A DNA stretch of 64,000 bases from Eledone cirrhosa (Eukaryota). Below the pieces are notes generated by a model that was not told where the DNA came from, did not search any database, and saw nothing but the letters and a program-made list of their open reading frames with translations. The stretch spans positions 424,762,001-424,826,000 of the forward strand of contig OZ024740.1 in the NCBI GenBank assembly GCA_964016885.1. The letters are read 5' to 3'. A program made the translations under genes and the position numbers. Shown piece after piece: positions 53,365 to 64,000 of this stretch (positions are counted from its first letter, which is position 1; each line of letters starts with the position of its first letter).

Positions 53365-56103
53365 ATGTTGGAGAACCAGCCGTTACCCATGTCTCTCAAG
53401 TGTATCCCCTTACCCAGCAGAAAAACCTACCCTAAACTGTTTATAGACGCTACTAATTCGTTTATACGGAGAGTCAGATGGAAGGCCTACCACCTGGATA
53501 AGAACACCCGTAACCTTCCTGAACCCAAAGAGAAGTATGGCTTCAAAACATACCGAAACCCACCGCACAACACCTTACTGGACTCCTTTGAAGAGGACCT
53601 GCTGAAAATGATCAAAAACGTTAAGCTCAGAAAGAAACACCAATGCAGCAATCCATTCTTAACGTCCCTTGATACACTAATAACTAAGATCAAGAATGAC
53701 CCGCACCTCTTCGTCACCTCCGACAAAACCAAAAAGCTGTACAAGATGGACGCGAGTGAGTATAACAAATTCATCTATAAGGAACTACACAAAGACTACA
53801 AAAAGACACCCTCTAGTACCCTAAATGACATAAATAGAGTAGGGAAGGATATAGTCACCAGCTTAGAAATAGAAAAGTACACTAACCCGTACGTCCCTCT
53901 GACGCCTAAATTCTCTCTTAAGGATCACAAATATGACTTTAATGAAAGCCCCTCTATTAGACTAATATGCCCCTCTACATCAGATATAGGTAAGATTAGT
54001 GAAGTGATCCTCGACAGAGTACTACTCAAGCTTAATAGAAAGGCTAAGGTCTGCCTCTGGGGCAACACCGACCAGGTCATAAATTGGTTCACCGAGTTGC
54101 CGGATAAAGCCACCCTGAAATTCATCCAGTTTGATATAGATAGCTACTACGCCTCTATCTCCCCCATACTCTTAAATAAGGCACTTATCTTAGCTAGATC
54201 TAACACTAGTCTCACTAAAAAAGAAATAGACATAATTCTAGCGGCACGTAGAACCATTATCCAGTTCGAAGGATCCCACTGGACCAGAACCAACCGTCCT
54301 GATAACTTCGATGTCACGATGGGGTCCAGTGATTCAGCGCAAGCAACTGACCTGGTCGGGATATACCTCCTACATAAGCTTAGGGAAGAAATACCGGCCC
54401 TACAAGGAGGTGTATATAGGGACGACGCCCTGTTTACCGTTAGGAACCATAGCCCCCGTAGGATAGAGAACCTTAACAAACATATACACAGGTTCTTTAA
54501 GTCATACGGCCTATCCGTAACTATGGACCTCAACCACAGGGTTGTCAACTTCCTGGACGTGACCCTGGAGTTGAGTACGGGCTTATACAAGCCATACCAT
54601 AAGCCTGGAGAGTGCCTCTCTTATATTAATTATGCCTCCAACCACCCTAAGCAGACTCTCAACTCCATAGTCTATAGTATCTCACATAGAATCTCGAGGC
54701 TATCCGCCAATGAGGATATCTTCAACCAAGCGGCTGATTACTACAATAGGGCCCTGATAAGCGCCGGCTTTAACCGAGGAATTTCCTACATCCCTAACGC
54801 TAGCTCTAGAAACCACCCCCTCATAAAACTAACGTTATAGTAAGCCATACCTATAACCGATCACGCGGCGACCTCGTTGAAGTCGGATATAATAGAATAG
54901 ATAACCGCACCAAAGATCACGTCCCCGGCGACGGTGAACACTGTAGATTACTCAAACTATTCCCCTATTACAAAACCAACAAAGGCGACGGCCTACTACC
55001 AACGCCTTCCAACCAACATCTTCGTGTACATAAACATGGAAGAGGTAGAAAGATTGCACCCGAGCATAAAGTGAAAGGGGCACCGAACGGGCGACTGCGC
55101 ATTAACACAAATAAGAGCGATCACTTAGATAGAACCACCCGTAGCAAAAGTACAAGGACACGTAATCGCCACCATAACGTCCTATGGTTCCACCCCCCCC
55201 CCCCCCTACTCTCGGAGTGTGACCTCCAACATACCCCGGATGTTCTTCGAAGCCTTAGAGAAGAACTTCCCGCCCAACCATAGGTATAGAAAAATTCTTA
55301 ATAGGAACAATATAAACATATCCTTCTCTACTACTCCTAACCTAGCAGACATCATAGGAACAACGAACCACAGTAAGATCACCAAGACACAGCACCTCGA
55401 CACAGACGCACCTACACCTGACAATAACTATATCGGCCTTAACAACTCCCTGGCAGCATCCAATAGTGTTGGCAACGGCATCCGCAGACGCAACCAGAAT
55501 GACCGCGAAATGACTGGGGAACATGCAGAACATGACGTGCGGAATAACAATCGCACCATCCCGCGTGCTGTGGGTTGTAATTGTGCTAACGACAGCTGCG
55601 GCAGCGTAGGTAACAACGTAGGCAGCAACAATGATAGCCTTACCGTGGGAACTAGACGGAACCGCGACAAAAATTGCAACTGCCGCGACAGAGGACGCTG
55701 CCTCCTTAGAGGATACTGCTTGACTGATAGGGTTATATATAGATGCACTATTACTAGCCACAATAACGTTAAACATTATATAGGGGCCACCTCCGGCCCG
55801 TTCAAAATTAGGTTTCGAACACATCTCCACTCTTTCACAAATAGAAAACTAAGGCACTCCACTTCGCTCGCGGACTACATCACATCACTAAAGGACTTCA
55901 ACATCAGCTTCTCCACGCACTGGGAGATTGTCGGCAGGGCTGCACCGTACAACTTCAAGAGGAAATGCGATCTTTGCCTCATGGAGCTCTACCACATCAT
56001 AACTGCACCCCACGAGCTCATCAACAGCAGAGCTGAAACAGCGATAAGTTGTACACATCGCTTAAAAATATCCTTCTTCAAATGGGTTAAGGATGAAGAG
56101 TGA
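53365..56103 (+). CDS. PLE reverse transcriptase + C-terminal GIY-YIG endonuclease (~910 aa if two poly-C frameshifts are corrected)
   Basis: SDKT, IRLI, QFDIDSYYASI, FDVTMGSSDSAQ, YRDD, VNFLDV, SNHP, WFHPP, CNCx5Cx5C, VIY..YIG, FKIRFRTH, CDLC, LINSRAE..CTH; breaks occur only at C-runs ~54815-54820 and 55193-55206. Confidence 0.85.
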
Positions 56104-56397
56104 AATAGTACACTGGATCTCCCTGCAACAAGTCTTAACACCCTGGCGGGCAGGCGCTGCAAAATAACACCCAGAAAACAATCCTTGCATACCAGACCCA
56201 GCCTCAGACAAACGGATGCGGCAAAAAAAAAAAAAAAAAAAAATTGTCCGGGAAAGACTGCCCTAACACCGGCCAGAGTTACCTCCCTTGACCTGCTGCA
56301 AAATCAAAACAAGATATTTTTGCGAGCAATGAACCTTGATGTGGATTTAACCCCCAAAACTCTTTCCGAGCAATATATGGAACACTTGTGATTATTT

Positions 56398-56439
56398 ATG
56401 CCCTTGAGAAGCCCAACTGGGCGAAACGTACGTAGGTGC
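56398..56439 (+). ncRNA. pLTR hammerhead with variant core (U3/A8); inverted copy at ~52917-52958 (-)
   Basis: TTGAGAA gccc-aact-gggc GAAA cgtacg TA ggtg; palindromic stem III; short, imperfect stem I. Confidence 0.6.
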
Positions 56440-56851
56440 TGTTTTAAATAAACATGTTTTAACGGTCTATTCTCCGATTTTTTACTTTCCCACGTGCTTA
56501 CGCTCTGCTAACTCTCTAGCCCACTAAATATTAACACTTCGAATATTTAATACTGCCGGCACTAGTATCGAGCACCTTTGGCATACGCTACTTGGCAAAT
56601 AACTATATGTATCACCTATCCCCCCTTTTTTTTCTCTTTCTCGATACGTAAATACTATATATATACATATATATAATCTAATTTGGCCAAGTTTACACTC
56701 GCAAATAAGAAGAACGAGGGCCGCCCCTAGGAGCATTAGATTTGGTGCACTTAATATTTGTTGCAGTTGCAGAATACAATCATGGGTCGCTGCTTCTCCT
56801 GAAGGTCAATAGTTCTCTTCTAATTATATATATATATATATATATATTAAT

Positions 56852-56931
56852 TAAAATAACAGATTTAAGTTTAAGCAAAGAATCGGGTGAAAGCAGCGAT
56901 TCTTTGCTTAAACTTTAATCTGTTATTTTAA
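56852..56931. repeat. Short palindrome; the same sequence family forms the palindrome at 2167-2236
   Basis: ttaaaataacagatt..aagcaaagaatcg / cgattctttgctt..aatctgttattttaa. Confidence 0.8.
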
Positions 56932-57099
56932 TAAATATTTGCTCTACGGTTCTTATATATTTGATATATATTTATCCTTTTCGAGCCCTCTTTGGATTTT
57001 ACTCTTCACATTTATTATTATTACTATATATATATATATATATATATAGTAATAATAATATATATATATATAGTAATAATAATATATATATACATATAG

Positions 57100-57288
57100 T
57101 AATAATAATTGTTTCTACGATAGGCACAAGGCCAGCAATTACCCAGTGCATTACTGGTACTTTATTTTATCGACCCCGTAAGGATGAAAGGCAAAGTCAA
57201 TCTCGGCGGGATTTGAACTCACACCGTAAAGGGACGTAACTATGCTGGAAAGCATGGCGTCCAACCCTCTACCGATATTGCCAATCCA
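57100..57288 (-). mobile_element. tRNA-SINE copy
   Basis: Reverse-complement family match. Confidence 0.87.
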
Positions 57289-57943
57289 TAATAATAAATG
57301 TAATATGTATATATATATATATTTCTTTTATGTATGTTTGTGTGTTCATTTCTGTGTGCTTGTGTGAATGTGCGTGTGTGTGTGTGCATGTGCATGTGTG
57401 TGTGTGTTTGAGTGTGTATGTGCGTGTGTGTTTGACTGTGCTTGTGTGTGAGTACATGTGTTAATGTGTTTGTGTGTACTTGTGAGTGTGTGCACGTGTG
57501 TGCCAGTGCACACGGAAGCACGAAACCTCCTTTATCGTTTGTTTCTGGTCTTCCAAAGATCGTTCAGTAAGACATAGAAAATAGCAAAGTAAACAGCGTT
57601 ACGGGAAAAGGTTAAAAGAATATTCACAAAAAAAACACCAAAAAAAAAAAAAAAACCCACAAAGCAAAACAAAGGGGGATTAACTCCGACTAACGGAAGC
57701 GGAAATAGAGAGAAGATTATGTAGTTCAAAATTACAAATGTTTTGGTCAAAGGGTGCCAGCGAAATAATACAGAAAAGAATATAAGAGTAAAAGAAAGAG
57801 TTGGGAGATTACTTACATTAATACATTGAAGGTTTGATATTTCAGAAATACTGGGCTGTTCTCTGATATTTTAACAGATACCACTCACTAAAATATGTGA
57901 TTCACTTTATACCAGATCTGGTTAGGTTTCTCTATAAACACGC

Positions 57944-58036
<93 letters not shown>

Positions 58037-58816
58037 CATACATATACATATATACACATACATGCACACATACAAACACATACATACATACATGTATACA
58101 TACACATACATATACATACACACACACACACATATATACATACATATATACACACACACACACATATAGATATAATATATATACATATATATATTTATAC
58201 ATATATACACTAACATATATATATACATACATATATATACGTGTGTATATATACATATATATATATACACACACATATATATGTGTGTGTGTGTGTATGT
58301 CTGTGTGTTTGTTTATATATATGTGTCTGCTTGTGTGCGCGTGTATATCTTTCTATCTATCTATCTATCTATCTATCTATATATATGTGTGTGTGTGCGC
58401 ACGCACACACAAACAGATGCCTAAAGACTTTGCAACAAATTCGCATTCTTTTTTAAAGTTGGAGCAGATAAGATTAGGACTCGGATGCTTGTGAAAGTTA
58501 AAAGGTCAACATATAGAAAGGTCAGCCTGGAAGAAAGATTTTGGTGCTTATTCTATTTCAGAATTATATCGTAATGGAACTCCAACCTCAGAAAATCTGA
58601 TACAGAAAGGTCGCAAATATATATGTATATATTTGTGTGTGTGTATGTATGTATGTGTGTATGTATGTATGTATGTATGTATGTATGTATGTATGTGTCT
58701 ATGTGTGTATGTATGTATGTATACATGTATGTGTATATGTGTGTATATATGTATGTATATGTATGTATGTATACATGTATGTGTATATGTGTGTATATAT
58801 GTATGTATATGTATGT

Positions 58817-61800
58817 TATCTCTTTCTCTTAATTTCGAGTATATTTTTTTGACCGGCCACCTTCCTGGTGGCAAGGTTGTAAAAGAAAAGAAATTGTCAT
58901 CCCTTGAATCGCAAGAATGTTTTGCAAATGTTGAAGGTGCCAACTATCGCAGCCATTTGTAGACTATGAATTAGGGAGCTGCGCTTTTTGTCCGCAAATC
59001 CAAGTTCAGTCATACTTTGGTCCAAGCGGGTTGGTATATAACCCGTAGCTCCAATAATGATGGGTATGAAGCTAAAGGTGTATCTTGGATACTGGATTTG
59101 CAAACTCCTCATCAATGGTCCGTAGATGTCCTCCTTCGCCTGTATTTTTCTGACAACGTTTATATCAAGTGGGCAGCTGATCTCCACAACAGAACACGTT
59201 TTCAATGTGTGTTCCCAAACTACAATATCAGGCCGGTTGTGCTTTAATTTGGTGGCAGTTTTTATTTTCAGATTCCACCAGTATTCCTTAGTGCCATCTG
59301 TCTCAATATATTCTTCCTCGTTTGTTGTTAATTTTGCTTTCCGAAGTGCGTTCCAGATGGTTCTAGCTATCCCATCGTGTCTCATGGGGAGGTAGTAGGG
59401 AGATGACATTCTTTCGCAGCTGGCAACAATGTGGCTTACATCCTCGATCTTTGTTTTACATAGCCTACATTTATTATCAGCTGATGGCCCTCCCCTTTTG
59501 TGCAGCAGATATTTGGTAGGGAGTTCTTGTTCCTGTATTGCATAGAGATATCCCTCAAGGTGTGATGTCATAAACTTGTCGGAACTCCATGCCAGGCTTT
59601 TTGAGTGGTTTATCCCCTCTATGGTCTGTGTTTTACGTCTGAAGTATCCATGCACAACTTTTTCTGTAAATTGGTCAATTTTTCATCTTGTTTTTACATT
59701 GAATAGGATCTTCCGATTTCTGTGGGTGAGAGATTTATATCAGGCTTTATTCCATATTTCTCCTCCAGATCAGTGGCTATTCTAATGATATATTTGTTTT
59801 CACGCTCATAAACCTGGACAAGATGGTTGCCAACCTTTTCCTTCTGTTGAAGGTGTTGCTTCAGTGTTACTATCCGGGTCTCATATGATGTTAATATGCA
59901 TTTTAGACCCCGGCCTTCCTTGCGTGAGAAGTATAGCCTATCCACATCACCATGATGTTAAAGTTCCCAGTAACACTGAGAAGTTTGCGAGTTCTAACAT
60001 CCATCTCACTTAGTTCTTGCAATGACCAGTTCAGCAGGCCAAATGTGGCGTTAGAATTGGCACAGCATAAGTATTGTGGGCAATGTATTTGTTGTACGCT
60101 TACAGTTCTGATGACCATATTTTCTTTACTCTTCTGAGGTATTTAGTTCTGGTTCTCTCCTTATTTATGGGTCCAACATATCTGACATTCTCATCCTGAC
60201 CAAGATATCTGTAGTTGTCACCTGACTGTAGAGGTTGTATTGTCAGGCCGTTCATCTCTAGATTTCTAGAGGAGGGCATAGCTCTTCCACGTTTTACTGC
60301 CAAATATGCACACTTGGACTCACCAAATTTCATTTTGATGTCTGTTGAAAATTGTGTAATGAGGTCCAATTGTTTCTTGATGGCATTGATATTTGGCCCA
60401 TACAACTTCAGGTCATCAACAAAGAAAAGATAAAAGATACTTCTGTGCCCACTTCTTTGTCCACCTTGTTTCCTGAGTAGGTAAGATAGTGGATTTAGTG
60501 AGAGAACGAAGAACAGCACTGACAAGCTATCACCCTGAAAGATGCCCTTCTGTTAATGTATCTTATCAGTCTTAACTTGCTCCTTCTCACCTCTAAGGAT
60601 AAAATTGGTGTACCAGTTCTTGGTCAGGCGTTCAACAGCAGCTACCAATGGTTGTGGGACTTTAGCTAACTGTAAAGCCTTAACAATCCTCCCATGAGGT
60701 ACACTATCAAATACTTTTTGATAGTCCAGCCACACCACAGTCATGTTTCTGCGATTCTTTGTTGTTTTTTCTTGAATCATTTTATTAGTTAGTAGGTGAT
60801 CTATGCAACCCCAGACCTCCCTCTTTCCACCAGCTTGCTCAGGTGTTATGATGTTGTTGGTAGCACAGTGATCCCGTAAGAACAGGTTAAGGCACCCAGT
60901 ATATAATTTATACATGATGTTTTGGCAGGCTATTGGACGGTAATTTTTAGCAAGGGTGATTTGGCTATTTTTGAGAATGAGGAGAGTAGTGGCAATTGAT
61001 AACCATCTGGGCAGTTCTTGTGTGCCTTTAATGGTTTCTGTAAACAGCCGTATGAGATCTTGCCGATAGAAAGTGAAATTCTTCAACCAGTATCCTGTAA
61101 TGAGGTCTGGGCCTGGTGATTTCCTATTCGACATTTTCTGTAGAGCTGTTTCCAGTATTGACCCATCTATGTCATATTGTTTTGTCTGGACATGTTGGCA
61201 GTAGTCCTGTTCCATTTCTTTTAGCCAATTAGCTTGTCTGTTAAATCCGTCATCCGTTTCCCATACAGATCTCCAGTAGCTTTCAACCTGTTCTTTTGAA
61301 GGGATGTCATTTACAGGGATTGAGCTTTTGCCACCGAAGCTGCGATAAACTGATTTAGGATCTCTGGCAAACAATCTATTTAGCACTTGTCGTTTATGTG
61401 CTGTTGACTTATATTTTAGTCTTTCTGTTGTAGCTGTGAGTTGTTGTTTGAACTGGTGTAATTTGGAGTTCAAAGTTTTAAATTTTGTATCTCCAAATCG
61501 TCTCTCTAGCTTTTTCTTTAGGTCTTCCTGGTGTCGTGTGAAGTTGCTCTCTATGTTGCATTTCATAACGACTGCGATGTGTGAGATACTTCGTCTCAGG
61601 GACAAAATTTTGCTTTTAAATTTCGCATCCACGCTGGTTCAGGCTTTCTGTTTGTATCTTGATTGCGTGGTTTTAGATGTGTGTTATATGATAGCAATGT
61701 GACAGCTGAAACATATAACAAAATATTAAGCGTTTCAAATGTCGTTTCAACACCTTTAGATCGTATAGACTTCAGATAGTTGCCAGCTATTTCGTTCACC

Positions 61801-63108
61801 GCTTCCAATTCCAATTTAGTGGGTTCTTTACTGATTCTGGTGTTGTATAGTCTGTCACTCACATTAAGGCTGTATATCTCTTGAAACATATCGTCCCATA
61901 TCACTTGTAAGGTGTCCACAAGTTTTTGGTGTTCTGTTTGTACAGTAGAGTCATGAATTTCAGCCTCGTTGTTGATGTGGTGACAATTACTACTACAGTT
62001 AGCTGACCATTCTCGCTGTTCTTCAGTGGAAGTGGGATGGATTTCAGCATAATTGTTGGTGAGCTGTTCACTGTTAGATTTAGCTGGCCATTCTCTTTGT
62101 CTGTCAGTGGAGGTGGGGTGGTTGTCTACAAGGGCTGTATTTGTAGTATCACTCAATTCCGTTAGATGTATCAATTTACATCTAATGATACGTTTTGCCT
62201 GTTCATTTAGATGCTTTGGAGAAAAGTCTAATTCTGGGTGTTTGGAGTTCCATAAAGTTTTTAGCCTTTGCATAAAACCGAACTTTAGTGTTCAGATTGT
62301 TTGTATGCTTCATATAATTCTTTGTTAAGCTCGTAGCTCCACTATCCACTGTAGTTGCGATTTGGTCGAAGGAGACTTGTACGTTTTGCCATGATGAGTT
62401 CGTCTATTCACTAATATTTCGTATTTATTTTTCAAAATAGTCGATGATCTTCTTTAAAAGTTTCGACAAAGTTCTGTCAGAATCAAATTTAAAGTTATTC
62501 ACAGCTAGGGTAATATTTCTTTTCAGTTAGTTTTTAATTCTACAACTGTGTTTTAAACGTTGTTCTTGAATCGTTTGAATCGAGAACAAGAAAAAAATAA
62601 CCGTTACTTAGTATATTTCTTTATGAATGTAATATAATATAACAAAGCTGTATTTATATGTTAAAGTTTATGTATCATTCATATAAATAGGTGTTCTACA
62701 ACTTATTCACAACATATTCACAGTTCAAACACTTATGTTTTTGTTTCTGAATCGAAAACGTTACTTGTATATTTCTTTATAAATGTAATATAAAACGTTG
62801 CATTTATATGTTAAAGTGTATGTATCGTTCATATATCATAAGTGTATGTATCGTTCATATATCATAAGTGTATGTATCGTTCATATATCATAAGTGTATG
62901 TATCGTTCATATATCATAAGTGTATGTATCGTTCATATAAATAGGTGTTTTATAACACTCTTACAGTTCAAACACTTATGTAGAATTATTGTATGTAATC
63001 TTACCGCGTAATGTAGCTCAACTTTTTCCAATATATGGTATGTTTTCTTCATGTAAGCCGTAATTACACACGTCCGATTATCGGACACTGACCACAACGG
63101 TCGCCATT
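58817..63108 (-). mobile_element. R4/Dong-like RLE LINE, full-length copy 2
   Basis: Disrupted ORF 62392 to 58897 (WLDYQKVFDSVPH, FQGDSLS, FFVDDLK, CRLC..H..C, RHD, RPDIVVW..EISCP); same termini as copy 1; has ~135 bp (near 61680-61815) missing from copy 1; (TACA)n flanks. Confidence 0.92.
62814..62939. repeat. 26-bp tandem repeat (x5) in the LINE 5'UTR
   Basis: aagtgtatgtatcgttcatatatcat; only 2 units in copy 1 (26554-26601). Confidence 0.9.
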
Positions 63109-63205
63109 GTATGTATGTGTGTATGTATGGATGTGTGTATGTGTGTATATATGTATGTATATGTATGAATGTATGTATGTATATATGTATGTGTGTATGT
63201 ATGTA

Positions 63206-63598
63206 TATCTCTTTCTCTTAATTTCGAGTATATTTTTTTGACCGGCCACCTTCCTGGTGGCAAGGTTGTAAAAGAAAGGAAATTGTCATTCCTTGAATCG
63301 CAAGAATGTTTTGCATATTTTGAAGGTGCCAGCTATCGCAGCCATTTGCAGACTATGAATTAGGGAGCTGCGCTCTTTGTCCGCAAATCCAAGTTCAGTC
63401 ATACTTTGGTCCAAGCGGGCTGGTATATAACCCGTAGCTCCAATAATGATGGGTATGAAGCTAAAGGTGTATCTTGGATACTGGATTTGTAAACTCCTCA
63501 TCAATGGTCCGTAGATGTCCTTCTTCTCCTGTATTTTTCTGACAACGTTTACATCAAGTGGGCAGCTGATCTCCACAACAGAACACGTTTTCAATGTG
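63206..63598 (-). mobile_element. R4/Dong-like LINE 3' fragment
   Basis: ORF 63286-63594 plus 3'UTR; tandem with copy 2. Confidence 0.9.
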
Positions 63599-63762
63599 TA
63601 TGTATGGATGTGTGTATGTGTGTATATATGTATGTATATGTATGTATATACGAATGTATGTATGTATATGTATATATTTCTATATTTCTATGTATGTATG
63701 TAAGTATGTAAGTATATATAAATATGTGTCTATGTTCTATGTACGCACGTGCATATTTTTCT

Positions 63763-63821
<59 letters not shown>

Positions 63822-64000
63822 ATATATACATATAATATATGAAATGGATATGTGTGTTTCTGTGCGTGCTTGTGTATGTGTGTGCATGTTTCTATATGTG
63901 TATGTATGTCTGTATATATTTGTATGTCTGGGCATATATTTGTATGTCTGTGTATATATTTGTACGTCTGTGTATATATTTGTATGTATGTGTATATATT

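Larger units (their letters stand above)
52861..56658 (+). mobile_element. Full-length Penelope-like element (Naiad-type) with direct and inverted pseudo-LTRs
   Basis: 5' pLTR 53070-53321 equals 3' 56406-56658; 52861-53072 is the reverse complement of ~56284-56494; (TA)n on both flanks; RT + GIY-YIG ORF. Confidence 0.93.

Noticed and set aside
54147-55830. Antisense ORFs within retroelement coding regions
   Set aside because: Shadow ORFs of the sense RT/endonuclease frame.
53365-56103. Selenoprotein-type Naiad (in-frame UGA)
   Set aside because: The conserved cysteines are encoded as Cys; the only in-frame TGA seen is the terminal stop after the complete endonuclease.

Overview
Eukaryotic, very repeat-rich DNA with no recognisable host protein-coding gene. 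The tRNA-derived SINE family and the microsatellite density suggest an octopod/cephalopod genome (inference). The window is a nested patchwork of retroelements sitting in microsatellites. It contains (i) a degraded Tx1/L1-clade LINE (11.6-17.5 kb, +) and an RTE LINE (17.7-21.0 kb, +); (ii) six minus-strand copies of an R4/Dong-like restriction-like-endonuclease LINE, two near full length, all embedded in (TACA)n; (iii) two Penelope-like (Naiad-type, RT + C-terminal GIY-YIG) elements, one nearly intact with direct and inverted pseudo-LTRs (52.9-56.7 kb); (iv) an RTE-derived non-autonomous element with an (ATGT)n tail (3 copies), about 9 tRNA-SINE copies, a piggyBac-type MITE, minisatellites and an interstitial telomeric run. 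The most notable signal is a set of ORF-less units in (TA)n that carry type I hammerhead ribozymes and share the 'inverted copy + partial tandem repeat' architecture of the autonomous Penelope element (449-nt and 466-nt monomers, plus several long palindromes). These are candidate retrozyme-like circular RNA families mobilised in trans. Most ORFs in the supplied track are microsatellite or antisense artefacts. All calls were made by eye, without database searches or folding software.
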